Shown here: piece by piece, positions 29,787 through 39,671 of the stretch
Position numbering within the stretch: position 1 is the first letter of the stretch
Layout: every line of letters begins with the position of its first letter
Assembly (NCBI GenBank): GCA_963826115.1
Contig: CAWGVS010000003.1
Coordinates: 128,001-192,000 of the forward strand
Length of the DNA: 64,000 nt
Direction: 5' to 3'
Origin: an uncultured Candidatus Rokubacteria bacterium
Lineage (GTDB): Bacteria; Methylomirabilota; Methylomirabilia; Rokubacteriales; DASRDR01
Program-made: the position numbers and the translations under genes
Notes under the pieces: generated by a model
Told to the model about the DNA's origin: nothing
The model's database searches: none
Seen by the model: only the letters and a program-made list of their open reading frames with translations

Positions 29787-30440
29787 TCAGCCCCCGAGCA
29801 CGAGCCCGTTCGTGACGCTCGAGACCCCGGGCGACGCCCACGCCACACGCTCGGCTTCCTGCCTCTCGGCCCACGACCGCACGTTGCCCCGCAAGGTGAC
29901 GGCACTACCTTCGATCTCCACGGTGACGCGACGGGCGTCAACCTCGGCGCTGCGCCGGAACGCGTCTTCGATTCTCGTCTTGATGGTCTCGGACGTGGGT
30001 CGCGGCCTGACCGTCACATGATTCCGGATGCCCAGCACGCCGGTGAGCCGTCGCACGGCGTCTTCGGCCGCAGTCCGCTGGTGCCCCCACTCGACGGCTC
30101 CCTCCAGGGTGATCCAGCCTTTGCTCACGACAACCTTGATGCGGTCGGGCGGGATGGAGCTGTTCCACTCGAGAAGCTGGACCGCCGCGCGCGCGAGGTC
30201 CACATCCGAGCGCCGGCTCCCGCCGGGCAGGTGCACCTCGATCTCGCTCGCCATCCCCTTCACGCCGGCCACCCGCAGCGCGGCTCGCTCGGCCTCGATC
30301 TTCTCGTGGAAGTTCTGAACCTCGCCGCTCAGGGTCACGACGCCATCCGTCACCGCCACGCCGATCCCCGCGGACTTGATGCCGGGCTCCCATTCCAGCT
30401 CGTCCACCACTTGATCCTTCAGGAGCACGTCCGTCTTCAT
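29787..30440 (-). CDS. triple BON domain protein
   Basis: Three BON repeats (GVVTLSG, GWITLEG, AVTLRG...AWASPGV); GGAGAGGAG RBS. Confidence 0.9.
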   Translation of the reverse strand: MKTDVLLKDQVVDELEWEPGIKSAGIGVAVTDGVVTLSGEVQNFHEKIEAERAALRVAGVKGMASEIEVHLPGGSRRSDVDLARAAVQLLEWNSSIPPDRIKVVVSKGWITLEGAVEWGHQRTAAEDAVRRLTGVLGIRNHVTVRPRPTSETIKTRIEDAFRRSAEVDARRVTVEIEGSAVTLRGNVRSWAERQEAERVAWASPGVSSVTNGLVLGG

Positions 30441-30568
30441 GGCGCCTCTCCTCTCCGGCAGGCCTCAATTTCCCCCCGGCTGGGGCACCTTGCCGCGAGC
30501 CTGGGCCCCGCCAACTGGTCGGAGGACGGCCACGAGCACCACCGCGGCCGGCACGACGCGTGGCAGCG

Positions 30569-31540
30569 TCAGGGCCCACCCCTCGATTCGACCTCCACCA
30601 AGCTCCGCTTCCCTTCAGCCCACTCGGGATGGAGACCCAGCCGTCCGAGCGTGCTGAGCGCCCGATCCGGGTCCCCCCAGTCGCTCCACGAGACTCCCCG
30701 AACCGGCAGTACTGCGAGATTGCCCGGCCCGGTGCTCAGCACGTCGTCCGAGAAGTTCGTCGAGGGGAGCGTCGCGTAGAGCGATCGCATGGCTTCGCGC
30801 TCGCCGAGGGTCGCATGGCGGAGCCACGCCGCCGTGAACGCGCTGAAGAGATCGGGCACGGACTCCCGAATCAGGCCGAGCAGCGCAGGCACCCGACCCA
30901 CGAGGACAAAGCTGTTCCAGAGACAACCGCGCTCGAAGAGCATTTCGGCGACCGCCGCCGTGGGCTTCTCCCAGAATCGCCGGACCCGGTACACCGGATA
31001 CGCGGGCCGCTCGATGAGCGGATCCCCGACCTCGATCCAGCCGTACTGCACCTCCGGACTATCCGCGCGAATCCCCAGCAGGATCACGAGGTCGGGACGA
31101 GCCTCGACCGCGGCGAAGGCCGCTTCCACGTGGGCCATGAAGCGCGCGTCGTCCGAGACGTGGTGATCCGAGGGGAATAGGGCCACCGCGTCCGACGATC
31201 CTCCGTCCGCGACGCGCAGGAGCCCGTAGAGGATCGCGGGAGCAGTGCCCCGGCCCTCGGGCTGAAGGGCCAACAACGGACCCGGCGCCCCCTCGGCGAG
31301 AAGCGGCGCATAGAAGCGCTCGTGGGAGCGGGTCAGGACCAGGCACGTCCGATCCGGTCTCACGGCCCGCGCCACACGCGCTCGCGTCCCGTCCAGCAGC
31401 GTCACGCCGTCCATGAGCGCGCAGAACTGCTTCGGCCGCTCGTCGCCCGCAATCCGTCGCGTCAGCGGCCGGAGCCGCATCCCCTCCCCTCCGGCCAGGA
31501 TGATCGCCGATCGGCCTGCTCGCCCCGTCGGGAAGTCCAT
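30569..31540 (-). CDS. sugar-phosphate nucleotidyltransferase (mannose-1-P guanylyltransferase-like)
   Basis: IILAGGEGMRL, PKQF, PSDH, YGWIE, RFWEKP, WSDWG. Confidence 0.9.
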   Translation of the reverse strand: MDFPTGRAGRSAIILAGGEGMRLRPLTRRIAGDERPKQFCALMDGVTLLDGTRARVARAVRPDRTCLVLTRSHERFYAPLLAEGAPGPLLALQPEGRGTAPAILYGLLRVADGGSSDAVALFPSDHHVSDDARFMAHVEAAFAAVEARPDLVILLGIRADSPEVQYGWIEVGDPLIERPAYPVYRVRRFWEKPTAAVAEMLFERGCLWNSFVLVGRVPALLGLIRESVPDLFSAFTAAWLRHATLGEREAMRSLYATLPSTNFSDDVLSTGPGNLAVLPVRGVSWSDWGDPDRALSTLGRLGLHPEWAEGKRSLVEVESRGGP

Positions 31541-31607
31541 CCCCCTGCCCTGGATCGACATCTCATCCGCTCGGCCGACTTGAAGGAGGCCCATGTGCGT
31601 AATGCGT

Positions 31608-31623
31608 AGCAACGGCGCTGCCA
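31608..31623 (-). promoter_or_regulatory. sigma54 promoter of the leftward operon (nucleotidyltransferase onward)
   Basis: Minus strand TGGCAG-CGCCG-TTGCT. Confidence 0.8.
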
Positions 31624-31706
31624 CTCTCGACATCTGCCATGGGCGGGCGCATCCCCGCCCGGAGGTGGCCGGCAGGCCCATCGGGGTCGCTTGCGCCGAA
31701 CGACGA

Positions 31707-31755
31707 TGCGGACTGCCCGCCCCACACGGGGCAGCGATGGGACACCGCCCGGACC
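31707..31755. promoter_or_regulatory. candidate UAS shared by divergent promoters
   Basis: TGCGGA-CTGCCC-GCCCCA at 31707 (79 bp before 31786); TGGGAC half-site at 31738, the same 31-bp offset as 16789/16820. Confidence 0.5.
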
Positions 31756-31785
31756 ACCGCGCCCATGTCCGATGCATGGCGGCGG

Positions 31786-31801
31786 TGGCACTCGGGTTGC
31801 A
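31786..31801 (+). promoter_or_regulatory. sigma54 promoter (USP-ATPase operon)
   Basis: TGGCAC-TCGGG-TTGCA. Confidence 0.82.
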
Positions 31802-31862
31802 CCTCGACGCGGTGGTGCCGCGCCGGCAAGCGTGGAAAGCGAGCGCCAGTAGGGGGAAGACG

Positions 31863-32696
31863 ATGGGGTTGAAAGATCTGCTGGTGCACGTGGACAACGA
31901 CCCGGCATGCGGCTCGCGCGTGGACGTCGCGGTCGCCTTGGCCGCGAAACATGGAGCTCATCTCACGGGCCTGCATGCCATGGGACGCCCTCCCCAACTG
32001 CCCGGCTACATCGAGTTGCAGCTGCCGCCGAGCTTCCAAGAGGAGCAGCAGCGGCAGCGCGAGGAGCTCGCCCGCCGGGCGGAGGAGCAGTTCCACGACC
32101 GGACACGGCGACGCGGGATCCGTGGCGAGTGGCGGGTCGACGCTGGCGACATCGTCGAGGCAACGAAGCTGCACGCCCGATACGCCGACCTCACGGTCAT
32201 CGGCCAGGGTCTCGACCTCGGCAACGCGCCTTACGACCTCGCTTCCCTCCCCGAGAACCTGGTCCTCGGCGTGGGCCGGCCTGTGCTGGTCGTCCCACGC
32301 TACGGGGCTTTCGAGACGGTCGGCGAGCGGGTCATGATCGCGTGGAACGGGAGCCGCGAGGCGACACGGGCGGTGCACGATGCGATTCCGCTCCTGCAGC
32401 TCGCGACGAACGTCACGGTGCTCTCGGTCGACCCCGAGCGCGACTCAGGGCGCCGGTCGCCGGGTGCGGACATCGCGCTCCACCTGGCACGCCACGGTGT
32501 CACGGCCGAAGCGGCATCGACGGTGGGCCTCGACATGCGGGTCGGTGACCTGCTCCTCTCCCGCGCAGCCGATCTCGGAGTCGATCTCATCGTCATGGGC
32601 GCCTATGGGCACACGCGCATGCGCGAGATGGTGCTGGGCGGGGCGACCCGAGACCTGCTCCAGCACATGACCGTGCCCGTGCTGATGTCCCATTGA
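31863..32696 (+). CDS. universal stress protein (proteobacterial tandem type)
   Basis: LKDLLVHVD, AWNGSREA, MGAYGH..GGATR..PVLMSH. Confidence 0.93.
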   Translation: MGLKDLLVHVDNDPACGSRVDVAVALAAKHGAHLTGLHAMGRPPQLPGYIELQLPPSFQEEQQRQREELARRAEEQFHDRTRRRGIRGEWRVDAGDIVEATKLHARYADLTVIGQGLDLGNAPYDLASLPENLVLGVGRPVLVVPRYGAFETVGERVMIAWNGSREATRAVHDAIPLLQLATNVTVLSVDPERDSGRRSPGADIALHLARHGVTAEAASTVGLDMRVGDLLLSRAADLGVDLIVMGAYGHTRMREMVLGGATRDLLQHMTVPVLMSH

Positions 32697-32910
32697 GATT
32701 CGCTCCGGACAATGGTGCCGATGCCCGAGATCTCGATGATCCGGACCCAGAGGAGTCAGAAGTCCGGAGGCATCGCTTCCCATGTTGGGGCGACGTCCGA
32801 GGAGACCTTGCGGAACCGGGGCCCGCGCTACCGGGACCTCGAGCGGAAGGCCACCGACGGCAACCGGTCGAGCTGACCACCGAGAGCCGGAAGCGACGTC
32901 TCGAACTGCC

Positions 32911-35595
32911 ATGGGGCCGCGACCACCGAGCCTGACCGACGTTGCCCGCGCTGCGGACCTGTCGGCAAACGGCCCGTCGGCCGCCGACGAGAGTCCCCCG
33001 ATCAGTCGCGAGTGGCACGCCCTCTCTCCTTCGGAGGTCCTGGCGCTCCTGACCGTCGATCCGGAATCGGGACTCGGAGCCGACGAAGCGCGCCGCCGGC
33101 TCGCGCGCATCGGTCCAAACGCCGTTGGCGAGCACCCCGACACGCCCCTGTGGCGTCTCGCGCTCGCCCAGTTCCGCAGCCTCGTCGTCCTGCTCCTCCT
33201 GGCCGCCTCGGCCGTCGCGGGCTCGCTCGGGGAGCATGTCGAAGCGCTCGCGATCCTGGCCGCGCTCGGGCTCAACGCGGGGCTCGGGTTCTTCACCGAG
33301 TGGCGGGCCCGCATCTCGCTGGCGAAGCTGCGTGCCCTGGCGGTGCCTCACGCCCTCGTGCGGCGGGATGGGGACGTCGTCCGGATCCGCGCCGCCGAGG
33401 TGGTGCCCGGCGATCTGCTGATCCTCGAGGCGGGAGCTCATGTCCCGGCGGACGCGCGGCTCGTCCGGAGCAGCCGTCTCCGCACCGCCGAGGCGACATT
33501 GACCGGCGAGAGCGTGCCGGTCGACAAGGACGCCGATGCGCGCCTCGCCCCCGAAACAGCGCTCGCCGACCGCCGCACGATGGTGTACCTCGGGACCACG
33601 GTGGTCGCCGGAAGCGGCCTGGCCGTCGTGACCGCGACCGGCGTCGCGACGGAGCTGGGCCGCATCGGCCAACTGGTTGCCCTCGCCGAAGAGCGGACCA
33701 CCCCGCTCGAAGGGCAGGTCGAGGGGCTCGGTCGCCGCCTGATCGGGTTCGCGCTCGGGACGTGCAGCGTCGTCGCCCTGACGGGAATCCTCCGTGGCCT
33801 GCCGGTTGGGCTCATGCTCGAGACGGCCATCACGCTGGCCATCGCCGCAATCCCGGAGGGCTTGCCCGCCGTCACGACGGTGGCGCTCGCCGCCGGTCTC
33901 TGGCGCCTCGCGCGCTCGGGGGCGCTCGTCCGGCGGCTTCCGGCCGTGGAAACCCTCGGCTCGACGACGGTGATCTGCACCGACAAGACCGGGACCATGA
34001 CCGAGAACCGCATGACCGTGAGCCGCCTCCACGTGGACCAAGAGACGATTGCCGTCGTCTCGCGCACACCGGGAGCGGCCCGGGAGTTCATTCGCGACGA
34101 CGTGACTTTCGATCCCCTCGCCGATGCCCGGCTCGTGCGCCTCCTGACGGTAGGCGCGCTCGTCAACGACGCCAGCGTGACCCACGGCCCGGATGGTCTC
34201 GAGTTCCAGGGTGATCCGACGGAGATCGCCTTGCTGGCGGCCGCCTTGGACGCCGGGCTCGACCCTGTGGCCCTCGGCCGCGGGTGGCCGCGGCGCGGAG
34301 AGATCCCCTTTGATCCCACGGTGCGACTGATGGCCACCCTCCACGAGACGGAGGAGGGCCGCGCGCTCTGCGTGAAGGGGGCGCCCGCCGCCGTGCTCGA
34401 GGCGTCGATCCAGTACGACACGCGGAGGGGCCCGGCGCCACTGACCGAGGAGACCCGGGCCGCTCTCCTCGAGGCGAACCGGGCGCTCGCCCGCGAGGGG
34501 CTTCGTGTGCTGGCAGTAGCCTGGCACCCCGAGGGCTGGCCGGAGCGCGGCCGCATCGAGGGGCTGACGTTCCTCGGATTCGTGGGGCTCGAGGACCCGG
34601 TGCGGAGCGGCGTCCGGGAGGCGCTCGCGCGCTGCGCCACCGCCGGGATCCGCACCATCATGCTCACGGGCGATCAGCGCCTGACGGCGGAAGCAGTCGG
34701 TCGCCAGCTGGGCCTCACGCCCGAATCGATCCGGAGCCGCGTCAGCCCCCAGGACAAGCTCGACCTCATCATGGCGCTCCAGGCCGAAGGCGAGATCGTG
34801 GCCATGACCGGGGACGGCGTCAACGACGCCCCGGCCTTGGCTCGGGCGGACATCGGAGTCGCCATGGGTCGCCACGGCACGGACATCGCCCGCGAGGCGG
34901 CCGACGTGGTCCTCACCGACGACAACTTCGCGACGATTGCCCGGGCGGTCGAGGAAGGCCGGGTGATCTACGCCAACCTGCGCAAGGTCATCCACTTCCT
35001 GTTCACCTGCAACCTCTCCGAGATCCTGGCCGTCTTCGTCGCGATCCTGCTGGGCTTCCCCGCCCCGCTCCTGCCACTCCAGATTCTGTGGGTGAACCTG
35101 GTCACGGACATCCTGCCCGCGATGGCGCTGATCCGCGATCCGGCCGAGCCCGACGTCATGCGTCGGCCGCCGCGGGACCCCCGGGACGCCCTCGTCACGT
35201 GGCGCTTCGGGCGGCGCATGCTGGCGGAAGGCGCCCTCCTGAGTGCCGGCGTCCTGGGCGCCTACCTCTGGGCGGTCTGGCAGGACGGCCCGGGCCCCCG
35301 GGCCAGCACCATCGCATTCGTCGCGCTCGTCCTGATCCACCCGCTCCAGGCGATGAACTGCCGCTCGGATCGGCTCGGATGGTGGCGATTGCCCCCGAAC
35401 GGCCTCTCCTGGGCCGCGGTCGCGATCCTCTGGGCCGTTCAGTGGGCGGCCGTGTCCTGGGCCCCGCTCGCGCACCTCCTCGGAACGGTGAGCCTTTCAG
35501 CCGGCGACTGGGGCCTAGTGACGCTGTGGGTGCTGTCCCCGGTGGTGCTCCTCGAGGCCCTCAAGGCCGCTCAGGCCCGAGCGGGCCGGCGATGA
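32911..35595 (+). CDS. P2A-type cation (Ca2+-like) P-type ATPase, CtpF-like
   Basis: TGES, IPEGLP, DKTGT, KGAP, GDGVND, LWVNLVTD; start uncertain. Confidence 0.92.
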   Translation: MGPRPPSLTDVARAADLSANGPSAADESPPISREWHALSPSEVLALLTVDPESGLGADEARRRLARIGPNAVGEHPDTPLWRLALAQFRSLVVLLLLAASAVAGSLGEHVEALAILAALGLNAGLGFFTEWRARISLAKLRALAVPHALVRRDGDVVRIRAAEVVPGDLLILEAGAHVPADARLVRSSRLRTAEATLTGESVPVDKDADARLAPETALADRRTMVYLGTTVVAGSGLAVVTATGVATELGRIGQLVALAEERTTPLEGQVEGLGRRLIGFALGTCSVVALTGILRGLPVGLMLETAITLAIAAIPEGLPAVTTVALAAGLWRLARSGALVRRLPAVETLGSTTVICTDKTGTMTENRMTVSRLHVDQETIAVVSRTPGAAREFIRDDVTFDPLADARLVRLLTVGALVNDASVTHGPDGLEFQGDPTEIALLAAALDAGLDPVALGRGWPRRGEIPFDPTVRLMATLHETEEGRALCVKGAPAAVLEASIQYDTRRGPAPLTEETRAALLEANRALAREGLRVLAVAWHPEGWPERGRIEGLTFLGFVGLEDPVRSGVREALARCATAGIRTIMLTGDQRLTAEAVGRQLGLTPESIRSRVSPQDKLDLIMALQAEGEIVAMTGDGVNDAPALARADIGVAMGRHGTDIAREAADVVLTDDNFATIARAVEEGRVIYANLRKVIHFLFTCNLSEILAVFVAILLGFPAPLLPLQILWVNLVTDILPAMALIRDPAEPDVMRRPPRDPRDALVTWRFGRRMLAEGALLSAGVLGAYLWAVWQDGPGPRASTIAFVALVLIHPLQAMNCRSDRLGWWRLPPNGLSWAAVAILWAVQWAAVSWAPLAHLLGTVSLSAGDWGLVTLWVLSPVVLLEALKAAQARAGRR

Positions 35596-36662
35596 GGAAA
35601 TCGCCGATCCGCGTGCCGTCGACCAGATCGCCCCTGCGCCTGGGCAAGCTTCCGCCCGCCTTGCTCGATCGGCTGCTGCGATGGGGCGGGGCGAGAGACG
35701 ACCGCGTGCTGGTGGGACCCGGCTGTGGCGTGGACGCGGCGGTCGTCAGGGTTGGCTCTCGGGGGCTCGTGCTCAAGAGCGATCCGGTGACGTTCGCGAC
35801 GACCCACCTCGGCTGGTACGTCGTCCAGGTGAACGCCAACGACATCGCCGTCATGGGCGCCCGGCCCTGCTGGTTCCAGCCGACGATCCTCTTGCCGCCG
35901 GGCACCCGGGCTCCGCAGGTCATGGCCATCGCCCGCGACATTGACCGGGCGTGTCGGACGCTGGGCATCGCCGTGACGGGAGGACACACCGAGGTCACGG
36001 ACGGAGTCACCCGGGCCATCGTGGCCGGCGACATGCAAGGCCTGCTGCTCGGGCGCCGGCCGATCACGGCGGCGGGCGCTCGCCCGGGCGACGTGGTGCT
36101 GCTCACCAAGGCGGCGGGCATCGAAGGCACCGCGATTCTCTCGCTGGAGCGGGCCCAGGAGCTCCGGCGAGCCCTCCCGGCTGCCATCCTTCGCCGGGCC
36201 CAAGGCTTCCGCCGCCGACCCGGAATCTCGGTGGTGAGAGAAGCGACGGTCGCGGCCCGGCACGGAGCCTCGGCGATGCACGACCCGACGGAAGGGGGCG
36301 TGCGCGCCGCCCTTCACGAGCTGGCGCACGCGTCCGGCGTGCGTCTTCGGGTCGACCTCGATCGCGTGCCGATCCGTCTCGAGACCGATCGCCTCTGTCG
36401 CCACTTCGACATCGACCCGCTCGGTCTCATCGGATCTGGCGCCCTCCTGGTGGCGATCGGGTCGAGGCGCGTCGCCGCGTTGCGGCGCGCCTGGCGACGG
36501 GACGGCATCGTCGGCCACGTGATCGGTCAGATCGAGCGCGGGCACGGCGTCGTGGCGCGGCGGGCTGGACGACCGGTGCCGTTCCCCTGGGTGGCGCAGG
36601 ATGAGATCGTCAAGGCGCTCTCCCGACGCCGCGCGCGAAGGCTCACCGCGCGACGACCATGA
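35592..36662 (+). CDS. AIR-synthase/HypE-like family protein
   Basis: GKLPP, GVDAA, KSDPVT, NANDIA, GGHTE, MHDPTEGG; ATGA overlap with the ATPase gene. Confidence 0.88.
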   Translation: MRKSPIRVPSTRSPLRLGKLPPALLDRLLRWGGARDDRVLVGPGCGVDAAVVRVGSRGLVLKSDPVTFATTHLGWYVVQVNANDIAVMGARPCWFQPTILLPPGTRAPQVMAIARDIDRACRTLGIAVTGGHTEVTDGVTRAIVAGDMQGLLLGRRPITAAGARPGDVVLLTKAAGIEGTAILSLERAQELRRALPAAILRRAQGFRRRPGISVVREATVAARHGASAMHDPTEGGVRAALHELAHASGVRLRVDLDRVPIRLETDRLCRHFDIDPLGLIGSGALLVAIGSRRVAALRRAWRRDGIVGHVIGQIERGHGVVARRAGRPVPFPWVAQDEIVKALSRRRARRLTARRP

Positions 36663-36695
36663 CCGTGCGCGGCACGGTCCCTCGGAGGGGCCCGC

Positions 36696-36713
36696 TGGGG
36701 AGGGACCGCCTCT
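36696..36713. promoter_or_regulatory. candidate UAS
   Basis: TGGGGA-GGGACC-GCCTCT, 78 bp before the promoter at 36774. Confidence 0.5.
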
Positions 36714-36773
36714 GCTGAGGCACGGGCGGGACAGCGAACGTCGCGAATCGCCTTTGTTTCCGTCGCTTTCCTC

Positions 36774-36789
36774 TGGCACTTCCGTTGCA
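36774..36789 (+). promoter_or_regulatory. sigma54 promoter (hpf-USP-groEL)
   Basis: TGGCAC-TTCCG-TTGCA preceded by a T-rich tract. Confidence 0.82.
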
Positions 36790-36860
36790 GTTGCCGCAAT
36801 GGGCGCGATCGACGCGCCCCCGACTGCGGACCAGCGGAGGACCGAACGAGGAGCAAGACC

Positions 36861-37280
36861 ATGGCGATCGAGATCCGAGGCGTCCCGACCGACTCCGCCT
36901 TACGCGCGCACGTGACGGCCCGGCTGACGCCCAGCCTGGCGCACCTGGCCACGAAGCCGATCACCGCGCAGGTGACCTTCTTCGACGAAAACGGGCCGAA
37001 AGGCGGAGTGGCCATGCGCAGCGCGATCACGGTGCGTCTGCCATACCGGCCCCACGTCCACGCCGAGGACACTGCCACGACGCTGCGGGCGGCCTTCGAT
37101 GGCGCCTTCGCGAAGCTCGAGCGGGAGCTCGAGCGATATCGGGACCGAGACCGGGAGAGCAAGCGGCATCCGAAGAAGTACTACACCGCCATGCGACTCA
37201 TGACGACGGACACGGGAGCCGCGAGCGCGCCGCCCCAGCGCCGGTCCGGTCGGCGGGCGCCCAATCGCGGTCGGCCCTGA
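36861..37280 (+). CDS. hpf: HPF/RaiA-family ribosome hibernation protein
   Basis: IEIRG..ALRAHV..L, DENGPKGG, AAFDGAFAKLEREL; GAGGAG RBS. Confidence 0.82.
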   Translation: MAIEIRGVPTDSALRAHVTARLTPSLAHLATKPITAQVTFFDENGPKGGVAMRSAITVRLPYRPHVHAEDTATTLRAAFDGAFAKLERELERYRDRDRESKRHPKKYYTAMRLMTTDTGAASAPPQRRSGRRAPNRGRP

Positions 37281-37322
37281 CGGGACAGCGCGGGAATGGC
37301 GGGGCCGCTCGCGGACGCAGGC

Positions 37323-37760
37323 ATGATCCGGAAAATCCTGGTGGCGATCGACGGCTCGGAGCACGCCCTGCGCGCCACCAGGCTGGCCGCAGACCCCACG
37401 CTGAGGTACGACGCCGACCTCCACCTCGTCCAGGTCGTCCCGCGGCTCGTGGTCTCCAAGGAGCTCGAGGAGTTCGCGGAGGTGGAGGAGATCGACGTCC
37501 CGACGTCCCTCGACGTGGCCACCCGCCACCTCCTTGGCCCCGCCGAATCGATCGCGGAAGCGGCGGGTGTGCGGAGGGTATTCAGAGACGTGCTGACTGG
37601 AGACCTCGCAGAACGCCTGCTCGAGCACACGAAGGACAAGGAAGTCGATCCCATCGCGCTGGGTCGGCGAGGCCTCGGGCGCGTCAGCGGACTCCTGATG
37701 GGCAGCGTTTCCTTCAAGGTGAACAGTCTTGCGGAGTGCCCCGTGCTGACCGTGAAGTGA
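37323..37760 (+). CDS. universal stress protein
   Basis: KILVAIDGS, GRRGLG..LLMGSVS..CPVLTVK. Confidence 0.92.
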   Translation: MIRKILVAIDGSEHALRATRLAADPTLRYDADLHLVQVVPRLVVSKELEEFAEVEEIDVPTSLDVATRHLLGPAESIAEAAGVRRVFRDVLTGDLAERLLEHTKDKEVDPIALGRRGLGRVSGLLMGSVSFKVNSLAECPVLTVK

Positions 37761-37863
37761 TCTCGCTGCCCGGGTACCCCGGCTGATCCACGGCATGGAT
37801 CAGGGCACGGAGCGGAGAACCTTCCCGGAGACGCCGATCGCGGCATGACAGGAGGAATGACCG

Positions 37864-39480
37864 ATGCCTGCAAAGCAAGTGCTGTTCAGATCCGAAGCGC
37901 GAGAGAAGCTCCTGCGCGGCGCGACGGCCCTGGGAGACGCGATCCGAGTGACGCTCGGGCCGAAGTCGAAGTGCGTGCTCATCGAGAAGACGTACGGGTC
38001 CCCGGTCGTCTGCAACGATGGCGTCACCATCGCGAAGGAGATGCAGCTCAAGGATCATGCCGAGAACCTGGGCGTCCAGATGCTGCGTCAGGCGGCCGAA
38101 CGGACCGGCGACGCCGTCGGAGACGGGACCAGCACGTCCGCGCTACTCGCCCATGCGATCTTCGCGGACGGCGTGAAGAACGTGGTGGCCGGGGCCAGTG
38201 CCATCGATCTCAAGCGAGGGCTGGACAGGGGCGTGAAGGCGGCCGTCGAGGCCCTGCGCGCCCAGTCGCGGCCCGTGCGCAGTCGTCTCGAGAAGGCCCA
38301 GGTCGCCACCATCTCCGCGCACAACGACCCGATCACCGGCGAGCTCGTAGCCGAGGCGATGGAGAAAGTCGGGGGCGAGGGCGTCATCTCCGTCGAGGAA
38401 TCGAAGACCATCGAGACGCAGCTCGAGGTGGTGGAGGGCCTGCAGTTCGACCGAGGCTATGTCTCGCCGTACTTCGTCACCGACGGCGAGAAGATGGAGG
38501 CAGCGCTGGAGAACACGCTGATCCTCCTGACGGACAAGCGGGTGGGAGTCATGAAGGACCTCTTGCCCTTGCTGGAGCAGGTCGCGCAATCGGGCGGGTC
38601 GATCCTCGTCGTCGCGGAGGACGTGGAGGGAGAGGCTCTGGCGACGCTCGTCGTGAACAAGCTGCGGGGCTCGCTACGATGCGCGGCCGTCAAGGCTCCC
38701 GGATTCGGCGACCGGCGGAAGGACCTCCTGGAGGACATCGCAGTCGTCACCGGCGCCCAGGTGGTTGCCCAGGAAGTCGGCCTCCGCCTCGAAGACGTCA
38801 CCCTCACTCATCTCGGGCACGCGGCGCGGGTCGTCGTCGACCGCGAGCACACGACGATCATCGGAGGCCGCGGCGACAAGAAGGCGATCGAGGCCCGTGC
38901 CCAGCAGATCCGACAGCAGATCGAGAAGGCGACCAGCGACTACGACCGGGAGAAGCTGGAGGAGCGCCTGGCGAAGCTGGCCGGCGGCGTCGCGGTGATC
39001 CGAGTCGGAGCCCCGTCCGAGGCGGAGATGAAGAGTCGAAAGGAGGCGCTGGATGATGCCATCAGCGCCACGAAGGCGGCGGTAGCCGAAGGCATCGTCC
39101 CGGGCGGCGGCCTTGCTCTGCTGCGAGCGACCGACGCCATCGCGAGCGAAGAGACGAAGGTGGACGGCGACGAGCGGACGGGACTCCAGATCCTACGGCG
39201 GGCCCTGGAGATCCCCACGCGGCAGATTGCGGAGAACTCGGGAGTGGACGGCGGCGTAGTGGTGAATCAAATGCGTGCTGGCAGCGGGAACATCGGCTTC
39301 GATGCCGCCCGCAAGGAATACGTCGACTTGGTTCAGGCGGGGATCATCGATCCCACGAAGGTGGTCCGGGTCGCGCTGGAGAATGCGGTCTCGGTGGCGA
39401 GTCTCCTTCTCCTGAGCGAGGCCACGATGACCGAGGTCCGCGAGCCCAAGGAAGAGCGCGTGGCGCCCCCCCTGGAATGA
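37864..39480 (+). CDS. groL: chaperonin GroEL paralog
   Basis: [49 protein letters not shown]. Confidence 0.96.
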   Translation: MPAKQVLFRSEAREKLLRGATALGDAIRVTLGPKSKCVLIEKTYGSPVVCNDGVTIAKEMQLKDHAENLGVQMLRQAAERTGDAVGDGTSTSALLAHAIFADGVKNVVAGASAIDLKRGLDRGVKAAVEALRAQSRPVRSRLEKAQVATISAHNDPITGELVAEAMEKVGGEGVISVEESKTIETQLEVVEGLQFDRGYVSPYFVTDGEKMEAALENTLILLTDKRVGVMKDLLPLLEQVAQSGGSILVVAEDVEGEALATLVVNKLRGSLRCAAVKAPGFGDRRKDLLEDIAVVTGAQVVAQEVGLRLEDVTLTHLGHAARVVVDREHTTIIGGRGDKKAIEARAQQIRQQIEKATSDYDREKLEERLAKLAGGVAVIRVGAPSEAEMKSRKEALDDAISATKAAVAEGIVPGGGLALLRATDAIASEETKVDGDERTGLQILRRALEIPTRQIAENSGVDGGVVVNQMRAGSGNIGFDAARKEYVDLVQAGIIDPTKVVRVALENAVSVASLLLLSEATMTEVREPKEERVAPPLE

Positions 39481-39671
39481 GCCACTGGATTACCCGTGCC
39501 TGCGGGTCGGAAATGGAGGCGGGAAAGACGGCGTAGCGATCCGGAAGCTACAGGGGGTTGGCCGGCAATGCGTCCAAGCCCGGTAGCCCGGTCCCGGCAG
39601 AATGCCCAGGACCAGCGCGCCTTGCGCGGCCATCACCGTCTCGCCCGCACGATGACCACCGTCTGACGTCG

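Noticed and set aside
30481-30498. TGGGGC half-site upstream of the BON gene
   Set aside because: The right half is poor and no -24/-12 element was found at a suitable distance.
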